From a virus (lineage: Duplodnaviria > Caudoviricetes): 55,425 bases of DNA. A program made the position numbers and the translations under genes. A model generated the notes under the pieces. It made no database searches. It was not told the origin of the DNA and saw nothing but the letters and a program-made list of their open reading frames with translations. Shown piece by piece: positions 46,271 through 55,022 of this stretch; the stretch's first letter is position 1, and each line of letters begins with the position of its first letter. The DNA lies in the IMG/VR virus record IMGVR_UViG_3300047089_000323, positions 1 through 55,425 of that record, one strand, 5' to 3'.

Positions 46271-46495
46271 TCATTTGTTCAGTTCGCCGTTCCGCATCAG
46301 GGTGCGGTATTCTTCGACAGCGCGGTCGTGCTCGGCCCAGGCCGCCGGCGGGATCAAGTGATAGCCGCCGAAGCGCCGCACCAGTTCCTGCAGGTCGGGC
46401 GGGTGGATGTGCAGCCCGGTGACTTCCTTCGCCGGCTCGGCCAGCTTGCGCCAGCGCCGCGTGAACAGGTCGCGTTGCCGCACAACGGCATTCAT
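46271..46495 (-). CDS. hypothetical protein
   Basis: 74 aa; PDLQELVRRFGGYHLIPPAAW; N-terminus shared with the VRR-NUC gene. Confidence 0.7.
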   Translation of the reverse strand: MNAVVRQRDLFTRRWRKLAEPAKEVTGLHIHPPDLQELVRRFGGYHLIPPAAWAEHDRAVEEYRTLMRNGELNK

Positions 46496-47967
46496 TCGGC
46501 GGCCTCGCCCCAGAGGTCGCCCTGCGCACGCGGCAGCGGCGGCAAGTCTGGCATCTCTTGAATTAGCTTCATTCCGGCATGCTGCGGATCAGTGACACCA
46601 ATGAGGTTCGGCTTCTGATAGACCTTGCAACCGGCAGCGCGTGCTTGCTCGGTCAGCCGCGCTACCCATTCAAATGGTGGCGCAAATTCGGCCACTCGAC
46701 CTATTTCCGGCTGCTCAGTGGCGCTTTGCGAGCCAATCACGACGAAATCAAACATCGATAAATCGGTGAATTCGAGCGGCGCCAAAAGCGGCTCTAGCGA
46801 CAGCCACTTCACCCTCACACCACTGATCTTGCGGAATGCCTCCTCGGCAATCTTCACGCGATACTGCTCATCGATTGTGGTACCTATCCACGCGGTTGAT
46901 GGTAAGTCGAGCCCAACATACCGCTGCGGAAATTTGGTAAGAAACAGGTATTCCCAATTAGGGCTCTTATGAGCCGCCGCGAAAACCCTTTCGATCCATT
47001 CTTGCGGCACCCATTTGCCGAATAGGTCGCCCATAGAAGTAACAAACACGCGCCCGAGCCGTGCGTCGTTAACGACTTCCTCTGGCACTTTGCTGTTGGC
47101 GGGAGCCTCCAAACGGTAATCGTAAAAAGTCGGCGTGAAGCCAAATGGATAGAACGGGCGAAGGTTCTCGTTCAGCACCGCGCCTTCGCGCGCATAGCAG
47201 TATTGGCAATTATGCAGGCAGCCGGTGACGGGATTCCAGGTGAATGCCGCCCACGAGACTTGATCATTGGTGGCGTTAAATTTTGCCTTGCCTTTCGGCA
47301 GTTGATATTCCTTCTGCTGACCATCGTGTGTGTAAACGGTGGTTGTAGTCCGGCTCGACGATGTCTCTTTCTCTGCGACGACTTGCGAGGCGGCTTCGGC
47401 TTTCCGTACTTGCTTGTGGGCGTCGTTCAGGCTGAGCTTGCCGGCGGCGACATCAGCAGCAAGCGCGGGTGATGCCGCCTTGACCTTCTTCGCCTTGCTG
47501 ATGGTGCCATGCGCGACACCGGCCGCCTTTCCGACTTGGCGATTAACTCGGCCGGCCGATTTCACTCGGCCCACTTTTGGGCCAAGTGATTTCTGCCCCG
47601 GTGCAGTCTTGCCATGTTCCCGCTGCCGCGCCTTCGCCTCCGCTTCCAGATATGGCGCAATCGCCAGGCCGATCATTGCCTTCTGCCCAGCCGACAGATC
47701 GCGCCGGCGCATGTTCGCGCTAATGATGAAGTTGATGATGTCCAGCTCGGTAGTCGACTTTGGCAGATTCCGGAATTTAGGTTCCACTCCCGCTTCCTTG
47801 CACGCCTTGTGGCGATTAATACCGTCGACGATCGTTGTGCCGTCCGGCGTCAGCACGATCGGTTGATGTAGCCCGTTGCTGTTGATATCCGCGGCCAGCA
47901 ATTGGAATTCGGCGTCATCGATTGGCGGGAATAGGGCTGCAACCGGGTGTATTTTTAATTTAATCAT
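46492..47967 (-). CDS. ParB-like domain fused to DUF5131 (phage Gp37/Gp68, radical SAM-like) domain
   Basis: HPVAALFP...IVDGINRHKAC...SANMRRRDL; WNPVTGCLHNCQYCYA, VFVTSMGDLF, LTK.P, WIGTT, WLSLEPLL. Confidence 0.85.
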   Translation of the reverse strand: MIKLKIHPVAALFPPIDDAEFQLLAADINSNGLHQPIVLTPDGTTIVDGINRHKACKEAGVEPKFRNLPKSTTELDIINFIISANMRRRDLSAGQKAMIGLAIAPYLEAEAKARQREHGKTAPGQKSLGPKVGRVKSAGRVNRQVGKAAGVAHGTISKAKKVKAASPALAADVAAGKLSLNDAHKQVRKAEAASQVVAEKETSSSRTTTTVYTHDGQQKEYQLPKGKAKFNATNDQVSWAAFTWNPVTGCLHNCQYCYAREGAVLNENLRPFYPFGFTPTFYDYRLEAPANSKVPEEVVNDARLGRVFVTSMGDLFGKWVPQEWIERVFAAAHKSPNWEYLFLTKFPQRYVGLDLPSTAWIGTTIDEQYRVKIAEEAFRKISGVRVKWLSLEPLLAPLEFTDLSMFDFVVIGSQSATEQPEIGRVAEFAPPFEWVARLTEQARAAGCKVYQKPNLIGVTDPQHAGMKLIQEMPDLPPLPRAQGDLWGEAAE

Positions 47968-48194
47968 TTTCCATGCTCCTTGCAGTGGCAGGCATGACAG
48001 ATCGGTTTTAGTTGCGATGGCACGTCGAACATTCCCCACCGTGGATGGCCGTTCCAGTGATGGACTTCGGTCGCCAGCGCGCCGCATTGACACTTCCCGC
48101 CCGCGCGCCGCATCGCGACAGCACGCGCTGCGCGATAAACCGGATGCTGAAGATAGGCATCATAATTTTCATACCGCGCGGTCCAGGAAGTCAC
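47964..48194 (-). CDS. small HNH endonuclease
   Basis: KCQCG..ATEVHH...LKPICHACHCKEH. Confidence 0.7.
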   Translation of the reverse strand: MTSWTARYENYDAYLQHPVYRAARAVAMRRAGGKCQCGALATEVHHWNGHPRWGMFDVPSQLKPICHACHCKEHGK

Positions 48195-48963
48195 CCTGTT
48201 GTCCTCCTTCAGCTTTCAGCATGACCGCGTGCCCCTCGACGCTGTCGAGTTTGTGGAAGCCAAGCTTGCGATGATCGCCAGTCGCCATGTTGCGACCGAC
48301 AGCCAAGAGCCAGCTATCGCCGCCGTGTTGTGTTTGTCGAACTAACCAATTCGTTTTGTTTAGGCTGGCGAGCACTTCGGTTGGTGGGAGAACTTCGTGA
48401 CCCCGACTGCGCTGCAAGCGATAAGTTCGCGTATTCAGATTTAGCACGATATCGATGCGTGGAAATGCAGCAGCAAATCGCAACAGCCCCGAGATGGGCG
48501 GCCCCATTCCGTTGCCATTGCGATACCAATAGCCGTTTGGGTCAACAATGACGCTCCCAATGGCATACTGCGGTCGTTCACCCGAACTGCGAATGCATTC
48601 CGCAAATACTTCGAGGCCTTCCTCATTGTCGCGCGGCAGTAGATATGACGAGGATTTCCACGCTGGTGTCAGGCGGATCGCCAGTTCATCTAGCTGCCTC
48701 TGATCGCAATCAGAAAAGAAGGCTCTTCGTTGCATGCCATTGAGGCACGCGTCGGCAGCAACGTGAAATACAACAGGACTTCCCGGCACATCGCAGGTGC
48801 GGTTGTGGCCGCAGCCGGCGTTGGCGTCGAAATGCCAATAGCTGAACCCCCTGCCGCTAAACTTGCTCGCGATCTTCATTCCGATTGTTAGCGCCGAGCC
48901 GAGGCAGCGCTCTTTATCGATCGTTGCTTCGAAGCTCTGACCTTGCCCACCCGTTGCTGTCAT
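48169..48963 (-). CDS. three-Cys-motif partner (TcmP)-like SAM-dependent methyltransferase-fold protein
   Basis: HFDANAGCG, GSP, IVDPNG motifs; typical neighbour of DUF5131. Confidence 0.65.
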   Translation of the reverse strand: MTATGGQGQSFEATIDKERCLGSALTIGMKIASKFSGRGFSYWHFDANAGCGHNRTCDVPGSPVVFHVAADACLNGMQRRAFFSDCDQRQLDELAIRLTPAWKSSSYLLPRDNEEGLEVFAECIRSSGERPQYAIGSVIVDPNGYWYRNGNGMGPPISGLLRFAAAFPRIDIVLNLNTRTYRLQRSRGHEVLPPTEVLASLNKTNWLVRQTQHGGDSWLLAVGRNMATGDHRKLGFHKLDSVEGHAVMLKAEGGQQGDFLDRAV

Positions 48964-48969
48964 GATCCG

Positions 48970-49209
48970 TTAGTCCAGCTTGAATAGCGCGCTCTGCGCC
49001 TTGTCTTCCGACGCAAATTGATGCTCGGCGACATCAAGCTCACGTCGCATCGCTTCGAATATCTTGCTTATTTGCTCGGGCGTGTACTCGTAACTTGAAC
49101 GGCGAGAGAGTTTTCCAATCCGCCTGATGGTCCGCAGAACGTTGGACACTCGCTGTTCGGCCAACGCCCGAAACTTCAAGGCCTTCAAATTTCCGACTCG
49201 CTGTTCCAT
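48970..49209 (-). CDS. small helical hypothetical protein
   Basis: FRALAEQRV...IGKLS...YEYTPEQISKIF. Confidence 0.75.
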   Translation of the reverse strand: MEQRVGNLKALKFRALAEQRVSNVLRTIRRIGKLSRRSSYEYTPEQISKIFEAMRRELDVAEHQFASEDKAQSALFKLD

Positions 49210-49227
49210 CTGCCCTTTCCTCCCTTT

Positions 49228-50052
49228 TCACGCACTAGCGCCCACAGCGCCGGCCACTGCATCCTCGCCGGTATCGGCTTCCGCAGCATCGCGGACCCCC
49301 TGGCCGGCAAATTGATCGAGCGCCGCCGCCGCGCCGACCACCCGCGGAATATCGACGACCGCCGGCGCGATCGCCGGCGCTTCGAAGGCGTCGATATCGT
49401 CGTCCGGCAAATCGCCCTCCGACGGCAGCACCTTGGACAGCCGGCGCAACGCGGTCTTCTTCGCCATTTCGCCGAACCACATGCGCCACGGCGAATCCTC
49501 GCGCGTGGCTTTCGACATGGCTTTGATTTTATTCACCTCGGCGATCGGCATCACCGTGACGAACACGCCGCCGTCCTTGGTCGTCGCCATCGCATAGATT
49601 TTCACGATCGGTGCGTCGATCGAGTCGCCCGGAACGTGCCGGATGTGCTCGCCGTGCTCGTCGATGAAATGATGAAACTCCTCGCCCTGGCGCACGATGT
49701 CGGCCTTGATCCAGCGGAATTGCCCGCTGCGCCGGAAGCGTTTCAGCAGTCCCTGATACATTGGAATCCAGGTCGCCTGGCCCTTGAACGGCACGATCGC
49801 CCCCTCGCGGCCATCGGGAAGCAATCCGTCGCGGCAGGCGCGCATGCAGGCCAGCCAGAGCGATTGCCACTGGCAGGCGAGAATGTCCGGATTGATTTGG
49901 GTCGAAGTGATGATCGAGCGAATGAACCGATCCGGCGAAATATCGCTCGGCAGCGCATTCTTCAGCTCGTCGCGGCGCGCTTCCAGCCGCTCGCGCAGGA
50001 CGATGACCGGTGACCGGTTGACGGGGGTGGTGGCTATTTCTGTGTTGGTCAT
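49228..50052 (-). CDS. recT: RecT-family ssDNA annealing protein
   Basis: SPDRFIR, GLLPDGREGAIVPF, PMYQGL, SPW...EMAKKTALRRLSK.LP. Confidence 0.92.
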   Translation of the reverse strand: MTNTEIATTPVNRSPVIVLRERLEARRDELKNALPSDISPDRFIRSIITSTQINPDILACQWQSLWLACMRACRDGLLPDGREGAIVPFKGQATWIPMYQGLLKRFRRSGQFRWIKADIVRQGEEFHHFIDEHGEHIRHVPGDSIDAPIVKIYAMATTKDGGVFVTVMPIAEVNKIKAMSKATREDSPWRMWFGEMAKKTALRRLSKVLPSEGDLPDDDIDAFEAPAIAPAVVDIPRVVGAAAALDQFAGQGVRDAAEADTGEDAVAGAVGASA

Positions 50053-50080
50053 TGTGTTTGGTGTCCTTCGGTTGTGAAAT

Positions 50081-51034
50081 TCATGCCGCCTCCTCTTCGC
50101 CGCCGGGCCGCTCGGCCGCCGGCCGCTTGTCGGTGATGCGAAGCGACCGGACGGTGCGGGCGGCGACCGTGTACGCCTTGTAATCCGTCGGCTTGAAGGT
50201 GACGCGCCAGCCCGGCAGGTTCTCGATCGCTTCGGCGTCGCCGAGCAGATATTTGATCTCGTTCTCGATCTCGGCGCAGCGCGCCTCGTCGTCCTTGATC
50301 CGGGCTTTGAGCCCGGCACGCTGCGCCAGGATCGCCGGCAGACCGTTGTGGCCACTGGCGTCGAACGCCTTGCCGGCCGTCGCCGCCGCCGTCATCGCCC
50401 TGATCGCATCGGTGTCGCGCGCATAGTCGGGCGTGGGCTCGCGCTCCGCGGCGACATCGTCCCAGAACGCCCGCACCGCCAGCGCAATCCGCGTCTCGGT
50501 GGCGGCATGCCGCGGTACATCGAGCACGTGCACGTCCATGTCGAACGGATCCACCACGAGCCCCGCAATGGCCCCGAAGTCGGCCCCGGCGAGCATCATC
50601 TCGGTGATGGTCTGCAAGGTGATCCAGAACGGCGGCTCACGGCCGCCATCCCACTCGCGCTCGAACACCGACGGCGCCACGGTCTTGGTCTGCAGCACCC
50701 CCAGCCCGCGCGGATCGCCATGAATGAAAAAGTCGGGCGTGGCGCCGAGCCGCAGATCGGGATCGCGCAGATAGACGCCGGCAGGCTCCAGCTTCCATTC
50801 CGGACGCTTCTCCATGACCGCCTTGGCTACCGCCGGCTCCAGCCACCGCCCGCGCCGCAGCACGCGGTCGTCCGGCTTGGAAAACTCGATCCCGCGCTTC
50901 TCCAGGTGCAGCTTGAGCGCCGTGGCGTACGGATGCTGCCCGAACAGCGCGGCGACGGAACTGGCGGTCACGTCCTGCTTGCGCCATTCGAGCCATTCCT
51001 GCTCGGAGGTGATTTCACGCCGCTCGATCATCAT
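50081..51034 (-). CDS. YqaJ-like (RecE/lambda-type) exonuclease
   Basis: EWLEWRKQDVTAS, GRWLEP, GATPD, LQTKT; adjacent to recT. Confidence 0.88.
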   Translation of the reverse strand: MMIERREITSEQEWLEWRKQDVTASSVAALFGQHPYATALKLHLEKRGIEFSKPDDRVLRRGRWLEPAVAKAVMEKRPEWKLEPAGVYLRDPDLRLGATPDFFIHGDPRGLGVLQTKTVAPSVFEREWDGGREPPFWITLQTITEMMLAGADFGAIAGLVVDPFDMDVHVLDVPRHAATETRIALAVRAFWDDVAAEREPTPDYARDTDAIRAMTAAATAGKAFDASGHNGLPAILAQRAGLKARIKDDEARCAEIENEIKYLLGDAEAIENLPGWRVTFKPTDYKAYTVAARTVRSLRITDKRPAAERPGGEEEAA

Positions 51035-51411
51035 CGCCTCGCAATCTGCAGGTGGTGGGGACAGTACGGCCGCCGCGCGTCGGTGACCGGAGCGCCGCAG
51101 AACAGGAATTCTCCGACGTCGACCACCCAGCGGCATTGGTTGTCGGCGAGATCGAACAGCGGACGGTTCACCGGCTTGCAACACGCCGGCACCGGCGCGG
51201 GCGCCGGGCGCAGTTTCGGCACGCGGCGATGCTCGGGCCTTGGCTTGCGCGCCTCCCGCATGACCCTGCGGCGGCCGAGCCCGAGCCGGTGAACTTTTCC
51301 GATCACGGCGTTGCGGGTGGTGTCGCCGAGGTCGCTGGCGATCTGCGCCGCCGAGAGCCCGGCGTCCCAGGAAGTTTTAAGGGTTTCGATCCGGGCCTGC
51401 GTCCACGGCAT
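51031..51411 (-). CDS. gcrA: GcrA-family cell-cycle regulator
   Basis: WT.ARIETLK..W..GLSAAQIA..LG..TRNAVIGKVHRLGL; CRW...FCG...PYCPHH. Confidence 0.92.
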   Translation of the reverse strand: MPWTQARIETLKTSWDAGLSAAQIASDLGDTTRNAVIGKVHRLGLGRRRVMREARKPRPEHRRVPKLRPAPAPVPACCKPVNRPLFDLADNQCRWVVDVGEFLFCGAPVTDARRPYCPHHLQIARR

Positions 51412-52053
51412 TTATCCTCGCCCCTCGTCATCGGTGGCGTGCCGTTCGGTCAGGACATTATTTGACGCTCGCATCCAGCCTCTGGGCGACAGCAGGGTTG
51501 ACGGATTCGATTTCTGATAAGCGATAACGGGTCGGCGATGTGTGCGCCCGGCGGAGCCGCGTTGCTGCGCGCGCATGACCATCGCCAAATGTTTTAGTCC
51601 TTCGGCTGATTTTGCCAAGCCACCCGCGGCCGCGTGCAGTGGTTTACGCAGTTGAACTAAATCTTACGTGATTGACATATGGTGGAACCGGCTTTGTCAG
51701 TCCGTTCGAACTAATCGTCGCGCAAAGCTTCTGAAAGTCGATCAAACATTTGATGCTATAGCGGACACCCGGACGGCCGCGTCATGGGGTGTTACATATT
51801 CGCACTAAATTCGTCACAAAATGCCGGAAAAATTCCAATAGAATCAATATCGGGTTTCGCCAATTTTGGGCCGGTTGCGGCGCATCGGCGGGTTGTTGCA
51901 ACCATAACCGGCGTCTTTCATTATTCCTCCTTGACCGTGCCATCTTGAAGCACGGCAAAACCTCCTGCGTCGGTAGCGGGCCGCGGCCGCATCCGTTGAA
52001 GAGTCTGACTGTTGGTAACGCGCATCTCTACGCGCACGAGAGAGTATTGTCTC

Positions 52054-52458
52054 ATGCCCACCGTTGAACCCAAAACGCGCGTATACAAAACCAATACTTC
52101 GACTAGGTATCGGAATACGGGGGGGGGGGGGGGTGAAAGTGGACTCAAGCCTGCACGCGAATACCGGCGACGGGTCGAACTAAAAACGGGCAGGTTTCCC
52201 GCACTTCTGTCCATTGACGAGGTGGTCGAGATCGTCGGTATATCGCGGCCGACGATCTACCGGCGCATCCGGAACGGTGAATTTCCAAGCGGTTTTTATC
52301 TGTTCGGTCATCGCGGGCCAATCCGTTGGGACCCCGCTGAAATCAAGAAGTGGTATCGCCAGCAAAAAACCGACGCCCGTCTGGACAAGATGCCAGTCCG
52401 GCCACGCCGGCGAATGACCGCAGCCAGCAAAAAAAAAGCTCGCGTCGGGAGGCGTTGA
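52054..52458 (+). CDS. AlpA-family HTH regulator / excisionase-like
   Basis: LSIDEVVEIVGISRPTIYRRIRNGEFP...RW; start uncertain. Confidence 0.75.
   Translation: MPTVEPKTRVYKTNTSTRYRNTGGGGGESGLKPAREYRRRVELKTGRFPALLSIDEVVEIVGISRPTIYRRIRNGEFPSGFYLFGHRGPIRWDPAEIKKWYRQQKTDARLDKMPVRPRRRMTAASKKKARVGRR
52119..52133. repeat. G15 homopolymer
   Basis: 15 consecutive G counted in the sequence. Confidence 0.85.
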
Positions 52459-52560
52459 ATGCGCGCCTTCCTCAACACCGAAAGCTCTCTGCTCCTCACC
52501 GTCATCACGCTCGGCCTGGTGATCTGGGCCGTCTGCATGCTGTGCGCGGTCGCGTCGTGA
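52459..52560 (+). CDS. small single-TM peptide
   Basis: MRAFLNTESSLLLTVITLGLVIWAVCMLCAVAS; GGAGG SD; TGATG coupling. Confidence 0.55.
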   Translation: MRAFLNTESSLLLTVITLGLVIWAVCMLCAVAS

Positions 52561-53138
52561 TGGGCGGTCTTGCCTCTGGAACCGGCAATAAGCGCGCCCC
52601 GCTCGATCAGCGCGGCGACGATCTGTACGAGACTCCGGTCGAGGCGGTTACTGCGCTGTTGCGGGCGGAGATGCTGCCGCCGGTGATCTGGGAGCCGGCC
52701 TGCGGTCCTGGTGTAATCGTTCGCAGGCTGCGCGCCGCCGGGCATCAGGTCTACGCCACCGATCTGGTCGACTACGCCTCGCCCGACCAGGACTGCGCCG
52801 GCTGGGATTTTTTGATGGAGCGCCAGCTTCCGCTTGGCGTCACGGCGATCGTCACCAATCCGCCATTCAAGAACGCCGGCGAGTTTGTCGCACACGCGCT
52901 GTCGCTATGCCCGAAGGTCGTGATGCTGTTGCGACTGGCGTTTCTAGAAAGCGAACGGCGCTCGGCAATTCTCGATAACGCCCATTTGGCGCGCGTGTAT
53001 GTGTTTCGCAAACGCCTGCCGATGATGCACCGGCACGGCTGGAAAAGAAACTACTCCAACAGCGGCATGGCCTTCGCCTGGTTTGTCTGGGACGCCGGGC
53101 ACAAAGGGCCGACCGAGCTGCATCGGATGTCGTGGTGA
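52560..53138 (+). CDS. phage DNA adenine (amino) methyltransferase
   Basis: DDLYETP, IWEPACGPG (motif I), IVTNPPF (motif IV), FAWFVW. Confidence 0.85.
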   Translation: MGGLASGTGNKRAPLDQRGDDLYETPVEAVTALLRAEMLPPVIWEPACGPGVIVRRLRAAGHQVYATDLVDYASPDQDCAGWDFLMERQLPLGVTAIVTNPPFKNAGEFVAHALSLCPKVVMLLRLAFLESERRSAILDNAHLARVYVFRKRLPMMHRHGWKRNYSNSGMAFAWFVWDAGHKGPTELHRMSW

Positions 53139-53221
53139 AATAATTCCCCTGCAACAGCGGCCCCACGGCGTACGCGCCATGGGTTGGAAGTGTGAATTCA
53201 CAAACATCGAGGTAACACCAA

Positions 53222-53914
53222 ATGAAGAAGTTCTTGTTAGCGAGCGCCCTCGCCTTCGCGGTCAGTTCGCCCGCCCTGGCCGACACGTTCCAAGCCGACT
53301 CGTTCTCGCAGCCGAACGGCTTCCAGGACGTCACTGTCACGCTCGGCGCACTCACTGAGACCGTGCGAGCCGGAGAGATCGACCTGCACCAGAACATTCC
53401 GGCTGCCGACTTGCTGGTCTGGTGCCTCGATCTGAACGACATCCTGCACGTGCCGTACACGTTCCAGGAACACACGCTGACGGCCGGTCAGACCCTGCCC
53501 GGTCTGCCTGCCGGTGGTCTGGACGGCGGCCAGCTCCGGCAGATCGCCTCGCTGATGCTGCGTGGCCTCACGCTGGGCGGCACCGATGCCCTGCAGGATG
53601 ACGCCGCCACCCAGCTCGCCATCTGGAGCGTACTGTACGGCGGCGCATTCTCCTCCAACGCCAGCGGCGCTCTCCTCACTCGCGTTAACCTGGAGCTCGC
53701 CGACTCGCAGGCCGGCGGCATTCTCGACTGCCCGACCTGCACGCTGACGGCGCTGACCGATGCCATTAGTGCGCCAAATCAAGCCCTCGGCTTCGCGTCG
53801 GTGCCCGTCCCCGGACCCATGGCGGGCGCCGGACTGCCGGGGCTACTCGCCGCCTGCCTCGGCATCTGGGGTCTCAATCGTCGCCGGCGTAACGCGACTA
53901 ACGCGACGGCGTAA
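53222..53914 (+). CDS. secreted protein with PEP-CTERM/VPLPA-like sorting tail
   Basis: Signal peptide MKKFLLASALAFAVSSPALA; WCLD and QLAIW motifs; C-terminal VPGPMAGAGLPGL-TM-RRRR. Confidence 0.8.
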   Translation: MKKFLLASALAFAVSSPALADTFQADSFSQPNGFQDVTVTLGALTETVRAGEIDLHQNIPAADLLVWCLDLNDILHVPYTFQEHTLTAGQTLPGLPAGGLDGGQLRQIASLMLRGLTLGGTDALQDDAATQLAIWSVLYGGAFSSNASGALLTRVNLELADSQAGGILDCPTCTLTALTDAISAPNQALGFASVPVPGPMAGAGLPGLLAACLGIWGLNRRRRNATNATA

Positions 53915-53966
53915 CGCGGTTTGTCGATGACGGCCTAACCCCTCCGGTCAGGTCCATCGGCAACGG

Positions 53967-54006
53967 CTCGCCGGGAATTGGTTACGCGTTCCCGGCGAGT
54001 TCTTTC
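53967..54006 (+). terminator. intrinsic terminator-like hairpin
   Basis: CTCGCCGGGAA/TTCCCGGCGAG 11-bp stem followed by TTCTTT. Confidence 0.5.
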
Positions 54007-54020
54007 AAAAGGACCTTCAG

Positions 54021-54284
54021 ATGAAGATTCCTATTCCGCGCACGATCGCCCATTGGTGGGACGTTTTCGTCGACTGGGGCGACGTCGATGTCATGGGGCC
54101 CATAGCCCGCGAAGACGGGCGTAACCGCCCTGGTGTCCGCCGCATCGATGTCCTGCTCGCCGCCGGCGGCATTTTCTGCGTCGGATATTACGGAATGCTT
54201 TACGGCTGGATGGGCGCGTTGCAGGGCGGGTCGCTGTATCTGCTGGTGATGATCAGCGCGCTTGGAATGCGTCAACATGACTGA
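54021..54284 (+). CDS. small two-TM membrane protein
   Basis: 87 aa; AAGGA SD. Confidence 0.6.
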   Translation: MKIPIPRTIAHWWDVFVDWGDVDVMGPIAREDGRNRPGVRRIDVLLAAGGIFCVGYYGMLYGWMGALQGGSLYLLVMISALGMRQHD

Positions 54285-54717
54285 ACATCAGGCGCATCTC
54301 TTCACCAACCGCTGGCGCAAGCTCGTCGAGCCGCAGAAGGAAGTCACGTCACTGCATATTCCGCTGGTCTCGACATTGCGCTGGTGCCTGCGGCCGGATG
54401 TAGTTTGGAGGCACGTCCCCAACGGCGAGCACCGCGATCCGCGCACCGCGGCCAAGCTCAAGGCGATGGGAGTTCTCGCGGGCAGCGCCGACCTGGAATT
54501 CTTCTACCGCAACACCGCCGGTACGCCGTGCCTGCTGTTTCTCGAACTGAAACTTCCCGGCCGCAAATGCAGTGAAGCTCAGATGGGTTTTGCGCTCGCG
54601 GTAAAACTGCTCGGCGCCGAATACGAAGTCGCCTGCTCGATCGACGAGGCCATCGGCGTCATCGGCAAGCGCGGGCTCATACGATCGAATGTCGAAGTGT
54701 GCGGGAGGCGGTGGTGA
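54277..54717 (+). CDS. VRR-NUC family nuclease
   Basis: HVPNG...KLKAMGVLAGSADL...FLELK..G.CSEAQ. Confidence 0.85.
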   Translation: MTEHQAHLFTNRWRKLVEPQKEVTSLHIPLVSTLRWCLRPDVVWRHVPNGEHRDPRTAAKLKAMGVLAGSADLEFFYRNTAGTPCLLFLELKLPGRKCSEAQMGFALAVKLLGAEYEVACSIDEAIGVIGKRGLIRSNVEVCGRRW

Positions 54718-54743
54718 CTTGGAAACAGTAAAGGAAACAGCAA

Positions 54744-55022
54744 ATGAGCGAACAAGCCGTTGTAGTGACTACTAAGCATCGTGGGGTTTTCTTTGGTTAC
54801 GCCACCGAGATCGATGGCGAAATTATCAATCTTCGCGCCGCCCGGAATTGCCTGTCATGGTCATCCGAGATCAAAGGATTCATGGGGCTCGCAGCGACTG
54901 GACCGAACAAAAACTGCCGCGTTGGACCCAGTGCCGACATTTCGCTTCGCGATATCACCAGTGTCCTCAAATGCTCACCGGACGCAATTGTGGCGTGGGA
55001 GGAAGCGCCATGGAAAAAGTAA
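54744..55022 (+). CDS. conserved phage protein (DUF6948-like)
   Basis: VVVTT.HRGVFFG...ARNCL.W...GFMGLAATGP. Confidence 0.75.
   Translation: MSEQAVVVTTKHRGVFFGYATEIDGEIINLRAARNCLSWSSEIKGFMGLAATGPNKNCRVGPSADISLRDITSVLKCSPDAIVAWEEAPWKK

Noticed and set aside
44580-46361. Long opposite-strand ORFs (this 593-aa one; also 29095-30231, 25361-26353, 50348-51292, 38608-39492)
   Set aside because: Shadows of high-GC genes with clear motifs on the other strand; no recognisable domains.
51412-51618. 68-aa ORF as a repressor/Cro
   Set aside because: No HTH pattern and a weak start; coding status uncertain.
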